Source of the DNA: Candidatus Dojkabacteria bacterium
Lineage (GTDB): Bacteria > Patescibacteriota > Dojkabacteria > JAOAGR01
Length of the DNA stretch: 64,000 nucleotides
Assembly (NCBI GenBank): GCA_025999155.1
Contig: AP026679.1
Coordinates: forward strand, 291,996-355,995
Direction: 5' to 3'
Shown: positions 42,737-52,166 of the stretch, one piece after another
Numbering within the stretch: position 1 is the first letter of the stretch
How the letters are laid out: each line of letters starts with the position of its first letter
Program-made: the position numbers and the translations under genes
Notes under the pieces: model-generated
Told to the model about the DNA's origin: nothing
Seen by the model: the letters and a program-made list of their open reading frames with translations, nothing else
The model's database searches: none

Positions 42737-45700
42737 ATGCCGAATGTACCATATAACTCCACACAAGCGAGTCTGTATAACCAAGATACTTATAATGGAA
42801 GTAATTATGAGATACCTAAATCTCGGTATCTAACAGATGAAGAAAGAAGCCTGAAGCGTTGGGTATTGCCTACCATACTTGTATTATTAATTGTCATAAT
42901 CTTGTTGTTATGTAACAGTAGTGGTCTTATAGCTGAGGTATTACCATTTTTAAACCGTAATGTTTCTAATGGAAGTACGAGTAAAAGCCTTACTCCTGGA
43001 ATCAATTCCGATGATATATCAAATTGGAATAAAGCATTCTCGTGGGGGGATCATCGAGAAGCTGGATATCTGACAAAAGAATCTGATCCCTTGTATTCTT
43101 CAAGTCCTGCTGCCAAAATCACAGAAGATGACTTGAAAAAAATACAGGATGCCTACTCCTGGGGCAATCACACCACAGCCGGATATCTGAAGTCATATAA
43201 TGAGACTGATCCAAAATATTCATCAAGTCCTGCAAGTAGTATCACATCAAGCGATATTGCTAAATGGAACTCGAATGTTCTACCTACAGGAAATGCTTCA
43301 CAATACTTAAGGGGTGATAAAACCTGGCAAACTTTTCCTACATGTACTCCTTCACAAGCTTTAGCATGGAATGGGACAAATCTAGTTTGTGTAAACTTCC
43401 CCACCTATACAGAAACTGATCCAATTTTTACAGCAAGCCCGGCAAACTCTATTACAAACACTATGATATCTAACTGGAATACTGCTTTCTCCTGGGGGAA
43501 TCACACTACCGCCGGATATCTTACATCAGAATCTGATCCTGTGTTCTCTGCTAGTGTTGCTGCTTCAATTACTGCTGCTGATATAACTAACTGGAATAAT
43601 AAAGAGAATGCCATCTCTCTTGGCACTACATCACAATTCCTCCGTGGAGATAAAACTTGGCAAACCATTCCTACTTGTGCCGGTAATGATCGACTAATAT
43701 GGAATGGAACTAGTTTTGTTTGTTCACCTACTGGGACTTTAACTACAGAGAATGACCCTATATTTACTGGTAGCCCTGCTGCAGCTATTACCTCTGCTGA
43801 CATCACTAACTGGAACACTGCTTTCTCATGGGGAAATCATGCTACCGCTGGGTATTTAACATCAGAATCTGATCCTGTATTTGCTGCCAGTGTTGCTGCT
43901 GGTATTACATCTGCAAATATCACCAGTTGGAACAATAAAGAAAATGCTATCGCTCCCGGAACGACTTCACAATTCTTCCGTGGTGATAAAACTTGGCAAA
44001 CTATTCCTACTTGTACCGGGAATGATCGACTAATATGGAATGGAACTAGTTTTGTTTGTTCACCTACTGGGACTTTAACTACAGAGAATGACCCTATATT
44101 TACTGGTAGCCCTGCTGCAGCTATTACCTCTGCTGACATCACTAACTGGAACACTGCTTTCTCATGGGGAAATCATGCTACCGCTGGGTATTTAACATCA
44201 GAATCTGATCCTGTATTTGCTGCCAGTGTTGCTGCTGGTATTACATCTGCAAATATCACCAGTTGGAACAATAAAGAAAATGCTATCGCTCCCGGAACGA
44301 CTTCACAATTCTTCCGTGGTGATAAAACTTGGCAAACTATTCCTACTTGCCCCATCAATAACGCATTGTTATGGAATGGTAGTAATTTTATGTGCCAAAG
44401 CTTTGTATCCTCCAATAGTACGCTAAGATTGGGTACTAATGCCGGTCTGAATCTCACATCAGGTGTAAATAACACATTTCTCGGACACTGGAGCGGATAT
44501 TCAAATACAACAGCACATGCAAACACATTTGTTGGTGCACTTAGCGGTCAAGCAACCACAACGGGAGGCTGGAATACTTTTATTGGTGAATGGAGTGGTC
44601 TGTCGAACGCAACAGGAGGAGCAAACGTTTATATTGGGCATGCTAGTGGGTACTGGGCAAACGGCAGCTATAATGTTTTTTTAGGCGTGTCTGCTGGTAG
44701 GCATTTCGGCACCGGCAGCAATGCTAATACAAATCCTCTAAACTCTATTATGATCGGTTACGACACCAGACCTCAAGCGAACAATCAGGCCAATCAGATC
44801 GTCATAGGGGATTCAGCCATAGGTGCTGGTTCTAATACCACAACTATTGGAAATACTAGTGTTACTGCTACTTATTTACGAGGAAGCCTAGTAGCAAGTG
44901 ATAATATTGCAAATGGCACAACAAGAGTTGATATTACTGGTACTGGTACAGGTTGGGCAGTCTGTCACTCTGGATCAAATACGGATACAAATGATGTCTT
45001 CTTGGTCGATTGTGCGGGTACTCCCTCTGCCGACTACATGGAGATGTACCCTGTAGAATTAAATGCTCAAATAGGTGATATTCTTATGGCTTCTAATGAT
45101 TATGTTATGACACAAGATAATGAAAGAATTGTAAGACTTGTGAAAAGTGATGGAATTCATAATACCCGTGTCATTGGTGTAATGTCTGATATTAATAAAG
45201 CTGGTGATTTTAATAGCATCGGACATAATATCAGTGCATCTGATAATCCTCAACCTGTAGCACTATCTGGACGTGTCTATGTGAACATAGATCCTAGCTC
45301 TCCTGATATCGAACCTGGGGATATGATTACCATATCTAATATTCCCGGTAAAGGTAAAAAGCTTACTGGTAGTGGTTTTGTAGTTGGTAAAGCTCTAGAA
45401 GCATGGACTAGCTCATCAGGCCAGACTAAAGTCATGGTTTACATCATGAATTTTTATTACAATTCATTAGGAATAAATGATTACTTTACACTTAGTGGTA
45501 CTACACTGACTACGGATTATTTACTTGTTGTAAATGGTAGTATTACAGCAAATAACCTAGCTATAGCATCGGGCAAGTTTACAGTTGCAACCAATGGTGA
45601 CACAGTCATCGACGCTGTATTGCAAGCTAATCAAGCAGTGATAAGAAATTTAACTGTAGACAAACTAACAATCAATACAACTCCTCTCGTTGGTGATCCG

Positions 45701-45913
45701 GTTGTTGGATCAGGGACAATTACTGCAGGACAGACACGTGTTGTGATAAACAATTCCAATGTACAATCAACAAGTAAAATATTCATTACTTTGACGAGTT
45801 CAAGTACGCAAGTAATTTCTGTGATCAATAAAACCCCTGGAGTAAGTTTTGAAGTATCTATTCTAACACAACAAACAGAAGATATTACTTTTGACTATTG
45901 GATAATAAATTAA
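42737..45913 (+). CDS. Large membrane-anchored repeat (fibre/adhesin-like) protein
   Basis: N-terminal TM; ESDP..S.A..IT..DI..WN.AFSWGNH and LRGDKTWQT.P.C repeats; NTF.G..SG repeats; ADYMEMYP/PVALSGRVYV/IEPGDMIT chaperone-like domain. Confidence 0.85.
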   Translation: MPNVPYNSTQASLYNQDTYNGSNYEIPKSRYLTDEERSLKRWVLPTILVLLIVIILLLCNSSGLIAEVLPFLNRNVSNGSTSKSLTPGINSDDISNWNKAFSWGDHREAGYLTKESDPLYSSSPAAKITEDDLKKIQDAYSWGNHTTAGYLKSYNETDPKYSSSPASSITSSDIAKWNSNVLPTGNASQYLRGDKTWQTFPTCTPSQALAWNGTNLVCVNFPTYTETDPIFTASPANSITNTMISNWNTAFSWGNHTTAGYLTSESDPVFSASVAASITAADITNWNNKENAISLGTTSQFLRGDKTWQTIPTCAGNDRLIWNGTSFVCSPTGTLTTENDPIFTGSPAAAITSADITNWNTAFSWGNHATAGYLTSESDPVFAASVAAGITSANITSWNNKENAIAPGTTSQFFRGDKTWQTIPTCTGNDRLIWNGTSFVCSPTGTLTTENDPIFTGSPAAAITSADITNWNTAFSWGNHATAGYLTSESDPVFAASVAAGITSANITSWNNKENAIAPGTTSQFFRGDKTWQTIPTCPINNALLWNGSNFMCQSFVSSNSTLRLGTNAGLNLTSGVNNTFLGHWSGYSNTTAHANTFVGALSGQATTTGGWNTFIGEWSGLSNATGGANVYIGHASGYWANGSYNVFLGVSAGRHFGTGSNANTNPLNSIMIGYDTRPQANNQANQIVIGDSAIGAGSNTTTIGNTSVTATYLRGSLVASDNIANGTTRVDITGTGTGWAVCHSGSNTDTNDVFLVDCAGTPSADYMEMYPVELNAQIGDILMASNDYVMTQDNERIVRLVKSDGIHNTRVIGVMSDINKAGDFNSIGHNISASDNPQPVALSGRVYVNIDPSSPDIEPGDMITISNIPGKGKKLTGSGFVVGKALEAWTSSSGQTKVMVYIMNFYYNSLGINDYFTLSGTTLTTDYLLVVNGSITANNLAIASGKFTVATNGDTVIDAVLQANQAVIRNLTVDKLTINTTPLVGDPVVGSGTITAGQTRVVINNSNVQSTSKIFITLTSSSTQVISVINKTPGVSFEVSILTQQTEDITFDYWIIN
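43685..44349 (+). repeat. Intragenic tandem duplication, 336-bp period (43685-44013 = 44021-44349)
   Basis: Two apparently identical 329-bp copies, preceded by more diverged units. Confidence 0.9.
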
Positions 45914-46055
45914 ATGAATTCTTGATTGCTAATAAGAAGTATTAGCTAAACGCTGCTTATGTACACTAGATTTCTGTCTTACAGTAATGCTTTTAAAAAT
46001 GGCTACTTTACTCTAGAATATCAATACTCGTTATTTGAGTCTTTACTATATAACG

Positions 46056-47531
46056 ATGCTCAAAATTTACAATACAGCTAGTCGTAAACAAGAAGTTTTT
46101 GCCCCCCTCGATCCAAATAAGGTCACTATGTATAATTGCGGTCTTACGGTGTATGATCGAGCTCATATAGGCAACCTTAGGTCATTCACAATGGCCGATA
46201 TTATTCGACGCACGTTAGAATACTTAGGGTATAAAATCATACAAGTACAAAATTTTACAGATGTAGGACATGAAACTTTCACTGACGAACAAAAAGCTAA
46301 ATTATCTCAGGCTACACAATCGTCAATAGAAATTACAGATACAGATGTAGGTATAGATCGCCTTGAAAAAACATCAAAACGTACTGGCATGACACCCTGG
46401 GAAGTGGCCGAACTTTACATTCGTTTAGCAATACAAGACTATCAAGCTATGAATTTTCTTGAGCCAGCACATCGTCCTAGAGCTACAGAACATATCAAAG
46501 AACAACAAGATCTAATTTTAAAATTATTAGCAAAAGGTTATGCATATATTACAAACTCAGCGATCTATTATGATACAAACAAATTTGAAAAATACTGGAA
46601 CTTTGCAGGACAAAAAGCAGAGGACAAAAAAGTCGGCGTAAGAACAGAAATAGAAGTCGATCCTGAAAAACGTAATCCTAGCGATTTTCGTCTTTGGCAG
46701 TTTAATAGGCCTGATCACACAATGCAATGGGATTTTATTATAGACGGGGTGAATTATAGAGGGTACCCTGGTTGGCATATTGAATGCTCAGCCATGGCAC
46801 ATACATATTTAGGTCACCCAATAGATATACATACCGGCGGTGCTGATCATATTGCGGTACATCATCCCAATGAAATAGCACAAAGTGAACCTATATACGG
46901 CGAACCATATGTGAGATACTGGTACCACAATGCCTTTCTTACCGTAGACAATAAAAAAATGGGCAAGTCTTTAGGTAATGCATACAATCTCGATGACATA
47001 CGCGCTAAAGGTTTTGACCCTCTTGATTTAAGATACTTTTATCTGACAGCAGATTTTCGTACTCCTCAGAACTTTACTTGGCAATCTCTTAAAGCCTCTC
47101 AAGTTGCACGAAACAAAATCATTCGTACTATGAAAGAATTAAAGCAATCCTTATCAGAAAAGGATAATAATCAAGATCACGTTACATATCAATATGAAGA
47201 GAAATTTAAAGAAGCAATAGAAGATAGCTTCAATATGCCAAAAGCTCTATCTGTTCTTTGGGAGGTCATAAATAGCGAAATAAGTGTAAAACAAAAGCTA
47301 CATCTTATTTATGACTTTGATAGAGTATTTGGTCTAAAATTATCAGAGACAGAACCAGATACAATTGATCCGGATATACATAAAAAATTGCTTACGATTA
47401 TAGCGCAGCGTGATAAAGCCAAAAGTAAAAAAGATTTTCAACAAGCAGATGAATTAAGAGAAAAAGCAAGGAAATTAGGTTTTGAACTAATCGACACTCC
47501 AAAAGGCACTAAATATCAACAGATTATATAA
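46056..47531 (+). CDS. cysS: Cysteine--tRNA ligase (likely start 46056)
   Basis: YNCGLTVYDRAHIGN, GYPGWHIECSAM, HHPNEIAQ, KMGKS. Confidence 0.97.
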   Translation: MLKIYNTASRKQEVFAPLDPNKVTMYNCGLTVYDRAHIGNLRSFTMADIIRRTLEYLGYKIIQVQNFTDVGHETFTDEQKAKLSQATQSSIEITDTDVGIDRLEKTSKRTGMTPWEVAELYIRLAIQDYQAMNFLEPAHRPRATEHIKEQQDLILKLLAKGYAYITNSAIYYDTNKFEKYWNFAGQKAEDKKVGVRTEIEVDPEKRNPSDFRLWQFNRPDHTMQWDFIIDGVNYRGYPGWHIECSAMAHTYLGHPIDIHTGGADHIAVHHPNEIAQSEPIYGEPYVRYWYHNAFLTVDNKKMGKSLGNAYNLDDIRAKGFDPLDLRYFYLTADFRTPQNFTWQSLKASQVARNKIIRTMKELKQSLSEKDNNQDHVTYQYEEKFKEAIEDSFNMPKALSVLWEVINSEISVKQKLHLIYDFDRVFGLKLSETEPDTIDPDIHKKLLTIIAQRDKAKSKKDFQQADELREKARKLGFELIDTPKGTKYQQII

Positions 47532-47546
47532 AATTGTATAAATTCG

Positions 47547-48323
47547 ATGTTCGAAACAATTGTTTTAGGATTAATACAAGGATTGGCAGAATTTCTTCCT
47601 ATATCTAGCTCAGGCCATGTGTTAATAGTAGAATATTTATTGAATATTCAAAACAATAAAGGCTTCGATGCGGCAATACATTTAGCAACATGTCTTGCCG
47701 CTATAATTTACTTTAACAGAGATATGATAGCCATATTCAAGAGTTTTATTCATTGGGGCGATAAAAGTCTTAATACGGATAAACAGCTTGGGCTGTATGT
47801 TGTTGCAGCGACTATACCAGCTATAATACTTGGATTTATCGCTAAGACACTTAACATTGATGAGTTATTTGATTCACCAGTGTCTATAGGTCTTTCATCC
47901 ATTTTCTTTGCGACACTTCTCTACTTTACCTACACACACACACAAGGACATGGAAAACTGAATTTGTTCAGCTCAGTCTTAATAGGTGCAAGCCAAATCA
48001 TAGCTGCTATTTTTCCTGGAGCTTCACGCTCGGGTATTACAATAACTACAGCATTAGCTTTTAATATAGAACGAGAAGCTGCAGCTAAATTTGTATTTTT
48101 GATTTCTATACCGGTTACTGCACTCGCTGCATTAAATGAACTGGTATTAGAAAAAACTGTTGCAATAAATTTACAATTCTTAATTGCCTTTATAACGGCA
48201 TTTATATCAGGTTTGTTTGCCATTCATTTTCTTTTATATTTTATTAAAAACAGATCTTTAGAATGGATAATCGGTTACCGAATTTTATTCGGTATATTTG
48301 CAATAATTATATCTATGATTTGA
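47547..48323 (+). CDS. uppP: Undecaprenyl-diphosphate phosphatase
   Basis: QGLAEFLPISSSGH, PGASRSGITI. Confidence 0.96.
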   Translation: MFETIVLGLIQGLAEFLPISSSGHVLIVEYLLNIQNNKGFDAAIHLATCLAAIIYFNRDMIAIFKSFIHWGDKSLNTDKQLGLYVVAATIPAIILGFIAKTLNIDELFDSPVSIGLSSIFFATLLYFTYTHTQGHGKLNLFSSVLIGASQIIAAIFPGASRSGITITTALAFNIEREAAAKFVFLISIPVTALAALNELVLEKTVAINLQFLIAFITAFISGLFAIHFLLYFIKNRSLEWIIGYRILFGIFAIIISMI

Positions 48324-48332
48324 AATCCCAAC

Positions 48333-49337
48333 TTATAGTTTTACTTTGCTAGCATACTTATCGAAGTTCTCGATAACTTCCTGTATTCCATATGCTGTAG
48401 CAAGTTCCGGATTCTCTGCAATAACGACAGGTATTCCCAAAGCTTTTGTCATGAGATTTAAAAGATTATCAAGATAAATACCTGCACCGGTAGCCATTAT
48501 ACCGTTATCTACTATATCTGATGAAAGTTCTGGAGGTGTCATTTCTAAGACTTTACGTACGGACAATATTATCTCTGTAACTGTGGGTCTAATAGCATCA
48601 ACTAAATCATTGGTTTGTACAGTGAAAGATTTTGGCATACCACTACTAGCATCACGACCTCTAACTTCTATACTTTTCTGATTTTCTACAGGGATAACAC
48701 TACAAATTCTCAATTTAATAATTTCGCTCATGTTTTCACCTATAATCACGCCATATACCTTTTTAAAATAATTCACTAAGGCTTCATTAATAGCGGAAGA
48801 TCCAATTTTTATTGAATTTGATACAACTATTCCATTAAAAGATAAAACAGCACTTTCTGTGCTACCTGCTCCTAAATTCACTACCATATTACCAATAGGT
48901 TTATGTATTTCGAGGTTTGCACCTAAAGCACTCAAGTAGCTAACAGGAAATAAAAAAACATCACTAGCGCCAGCATTGATAGTTGCCTCTTCTAAAGCTC
49001 TTTTTTCTACTGATGTAATCGATGAAGGAACCGCAAGTACTACAAATGGTTTTACAAAAGTAAAACGCCCAAAGGATTCCTGTATCAAATACTTAATAAA
49101 AGACTCCGTGCCCTTATAGTTGGCAATTACGCCATTTTTTATTGGTTTTATGATACTAATATTGCTTGGAGCCTTCCCAGACATTTCTTCTGCTTCAATA
49201 CCTACAGTAATTAACTTCTGTGTCTGGTTATCAACAGCGATAATAGTCGGTTGTTCTAAAACAATACCTTTCTGAGGAATCACGACCCTCGACTTATGCG
49301 AACCTAGATCTATACCAATAACCTTTTTGAAAAACAT
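48333..49337 (-). CDS. Second, divergent MreB/Mbl-family actin-like protein
   Basis: IGIDLGS, PIKNGVIA, GRD..SGMPK, PPELSSDI; catalytic motifs altered. Confidence 0.88.
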   Translation of the reverse strand: MFFKKVIGIDLGSHKSRVVIPQKGIVLEQPTIIAVDNQTQKLITVGIEAEEMSGKAPSNISIIKPIKNGVIANYKGTESFIKYLIQESFGRFTFVKPFVVLAVPSSITSVEKRALEEATINAGASDVFLFPVSYLSALGANLEIHKPIGNMVVNLGAGSTESAVLSFNGIVVSNSIKIGSSAINEALVNYFKKVYGVIIGENMSEIIKLRICSVIPVENQKSIEVRGRDASSGMPKSFTVQTNDLVDAIRPTVTEIILSVRKVLEMTPPELSSDIVDNGIMATGAGIYLDNLLNLMTKALGIPVVIAENPELATAYGIQEVIENFDKYASKVKL

Positions 49338-49452
49338 ATAAGAAATTATAAGAATTACTAGATCTCAGTTAAAGACAGAAATCCGGAGAAAGCAACCGAA
49401 AAATTAGTTCATAGCTCTACATAACCCCACTAACAATGTTAGCTGGGATTGT

Positions 49453-49845
49453 TTATTGATATAGCACAGGAAGCCTGTCAAAAAATGGCAAAGGCTCCAT
49501 CTTTCCCTGCCAAGCATTTATTAGACCAAGCACCATATACACCAGACTAGCAATAATAAGTACTGGCAAAATAACACAATTAACAAACGGGATCATAGCT
49601 ATAATATAGCCTGACACCTGAAACAAAATAAACACCCACAAAGACTGATTCACGTGAAATTTAATATAAGGTGAATTCTCCGCAAGCAATGCACTGAGTA
49701 TGAACAACAGCCATATATAAGATATAAAAGCAAGCCACTTTTCTCTATCTGTCATATTATAAACCGAAACTGATGGTTGTTGTGAGTCTGAAGCAGGGTT
49801 TTGCCCACTCACTTGTTGCTCGTTGTTCTGTGTTTCTGTGCTCAT
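49453..49845 (-). CDS. DUF4870-like small membrane protein
   Basis: LAFISYI...YIKFHVNQSL...GLINAWQGK..PLP. Confidence 0.8.
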   Translation of the reverse strand: MSTETQNNEQQVSGQNPASDSQQPSVSVYNMTDREKWLAFISYIWLLFILSALLAENSPYIKFHVNQSLWVFILFQVSGYIIAMIPFVNCVILPVLIIASLVYMVLGLINAWQGKMEPLPFFDRLPVLYQ

Positions 49846-49939
49846 AATTTTACTTAGGGATTATAATAACATAGCTATATCTAGAAAACAATAGCATTGA
49901 TTATTTAGATTGACCAATCAGCACAAATACTGTGCGACA

Positions 49940-50272
49940 TTATTTTTTATTGTGTTCAAAAAATTCGCTTATTATCTGGAAATTTTTATAGTGACTCCTA
50001 TAAATAATATCATAAAAATCACCTACCACTGGAATCAAACCCACAATAGCATCAACTAACATATTTATGCACATATGAAATATGCGACTTTTAGGTATTT
50101 TAAGCTTTATACCAATCCATATAAAATACAAAGACACCATAATTGGTATTACATCACCAATCAAAGGCACTGATCCAATCAGAGGATCCAAACCAAATTT
50201 GACACCTAAAAATTCAAATTTATTATCAAGTAAATCAGATATATTCTTTGCGAACTTTATATGCCTATCCAC
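49940..50272 (-). CDS. DUF4112 family membrane protein
   Basis: LLD..F...FGLDPLIG.VP.IGD...GLIPVVGDFYD. Confidence 0.85.
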   Translation of the reverse strand: MDRHIKFAKNISDLLDNKFEFLGVKFGLDPLIGSVPLIGDVIPIMVSLYFIWIGIKLKIPKSRIFHMCINMLVDAIVGLIPVVGDFYDIIYRSHYKNFQIISEFFEHNKK

Positions 50273-50342
50273 GACAATCTTTAATTCATTTTGTTATAAT
50301 AATACACATTTTATACGTAATAAATTTTATTAAAATCGAAGT

Positions 50343-50933
50343 ATGGGACAAAATTTCCAAAAAATAGTTGGAATTATTATCATTATTTTCTCTATCACTG
50401 GACTTCTGGCTTCTTTGATATTAAGCATCGAAAAAGTTAATCGTCTAAAAGACCCGCAAATCCATCTATCCTGCTCAATTAATTCAGCATTTAATTGTGT
50501 TAGCGTAATGGATTCACCACAAGCTGAGTTATTTGGTTTTCCAAATTCTTTTTTAGGCTTAATGGGGTTTAGTTTTACACTCATATATGGTGTAAATCTG
50601 TTACTGCTCAAAGAAAGATCTAAATTACTCGATCTAGGTTTTTTTGCTGGCATTACGCTTGCTTTTATTTTCTCGTATTGGCTACTTTTTCAAAGTGCTT
50701 ATGTTATTAAATCATTATGCATTTATTGCTTATTATCCTGCTTATCATCCACTAATATATACTTTTCCTTATTCATACTTTTACTTAAAGATGGTACCAT
50801 CCGACTAGAAAAAAAATTCAATAACATAATTCAAATGTTTATCGAGAAACAATACTACTACTACTTAATTGGACTATGGTACTTTGTTGTAATTCTACTA
50901 ATTTTACACGAAATGAAAGACATGTTCATATAA
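50343..50933 (+). CDS. Vitamin K epoxide reductase (VKOR) family protein
   Basis: C.IN...NC..V..S, FGFPNS..G, LCIYC (CxxC). Confidence 0.93.
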   Translation: MGQNFQKIVGIIIIIFSITGLLASLILSIEKVNRLKDPQIHLSCSINSAFNCVSVMDSPQAELFGFPNSFLGLMGFSFTLIYGVNLLLLKERSKLLDLGFFAGITLAFIFSYWLLFQSAYVIKSLCIYCLLSCLSSTNIYFSLFILLLKDGTIRLEKKFNNIIQMFIEKQYYYYLIGLWYFVVILLILHEMKDMFI

Positions 50934-51022
50934 AAATGCGTTTTTGTCAAAAGTGTGGTAGAATATTCAGTAAATGCCATTTTATGGACTTACACCTAAG
51001 ATTTATCAAATAAAAACTAATA

Positions 51023-51457
51023 ATGGATCCCAGACTATTCAAGAGATTAACTCCGTTTTCAGGATACACGCCTCTTGGATCGGTAATACCTTATGATTTG
51101 CCTTACAATGCAACGATAGTAACCGGAGAAGGATATGAGGTTACTTCTATACCTATGAATCTCAGTGAGGATGAAACTGGATATTACGCAGAATTTCAGA
51201 TTAACGGAGTAGATCCTGAACAAGTAGATATTCGAATAGATGATACTTATATTACTGTATCCTACGAACGAATTGAGAGAAATAACGGAAAAACATACTT
51301 AAATAAAGAGATATATGGCGGATTGTTTATAAGGTCGTTTTTATTACCGTCACAAGTCAATACTGAAAGAATCGAAGCGTTTTATAATAACGGGATTCTC
51401 ACTTTAATACTTCCGAAAAACATAAATAAAAAATCCAAAAAAATTAATATTAGCTGA
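51023..51457 (+). CDS. Hsp20/alpha-crystallin small heat-shock protein
   Basis: E..YG.F.RSF.LP, A.YNNGILTL.LPK. Confidence 0.9.
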   Translation: MDPRLFKRLTPFSGYTPLGSVIPYDLPYNATIVTGEGYEVTSIPMNLSEDETGYYAEFQINGVDPEQVDIRIDDTYITVSYERIERNNGKTYLNKEIYGGLFIRSFLLPSQVNTERIEAFYNNGILTLILPKNINKKSKKINIS

Positions 51458-52166
51458 TCAATTTAGTTACCACAATAGACTTTCGCTCACTTCTCTACTC
51501 TATTATGTGCTTTAGATTTACTATAACTAAACATATTAATTCTTATAGTCAAATATATACTCAGTATTTGTGAATATTTCCTTTCTCTTAATATTTATTA
51601 TTATAAGATATAAAATTCTTGACTTAATTTTAATATATACTTTAATAGTACAAATATTTTTATATAGTTATTTTTAAGGTACGAACAATCCGTAAATTAA
51701 TTTTGAATACTTAGCAATTCTCACCAAAAATCTTCATAGAAAAAGTAATAAAACTGCCTAAATTGATACATATTAACATAATCATAAAATTGGATCTTTA
51801 TATATCAATATAGTATAAAAATATTGGAGTATAAATAGCCTCATTTAATATTTAGACTAATACATAACTACATAAATAACAAAGATTTAAATAACGTCGT
51901 TTATAATAATTTAATTACAAAATTTGCTTCTATGGTCGGCTATAGAACTAAAACTACTTATAATGTAGTAAAACAAGATAATATTTTGTTGTATGAAACA
52001 ATTACAAGTACCCAAGCAAATGGCACACAAAATACACAAAACAAACTAATGAATTAATGAAAAGAAATAAGAATATCAAGATAAAAATAAAACTTTTTCT
52101 GATATAACTCTCATCTAAATATTTTTTCTACTTCTTTAATACTTAGGCAAAACTTTAAATCAAGAT

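Noticed and set aside
42737-44349. CRISPR-like array
   Set aside because: The repeats are in-frame protein modules with no unique spacers; no cas genes are present.
51458-52166. Very AT-rich 700-bp gap as a possible oriC
   Set aside because: No clear DnaA boxes (TTATCCACA) seen and no dnaA nearby; may be decayed sequence.
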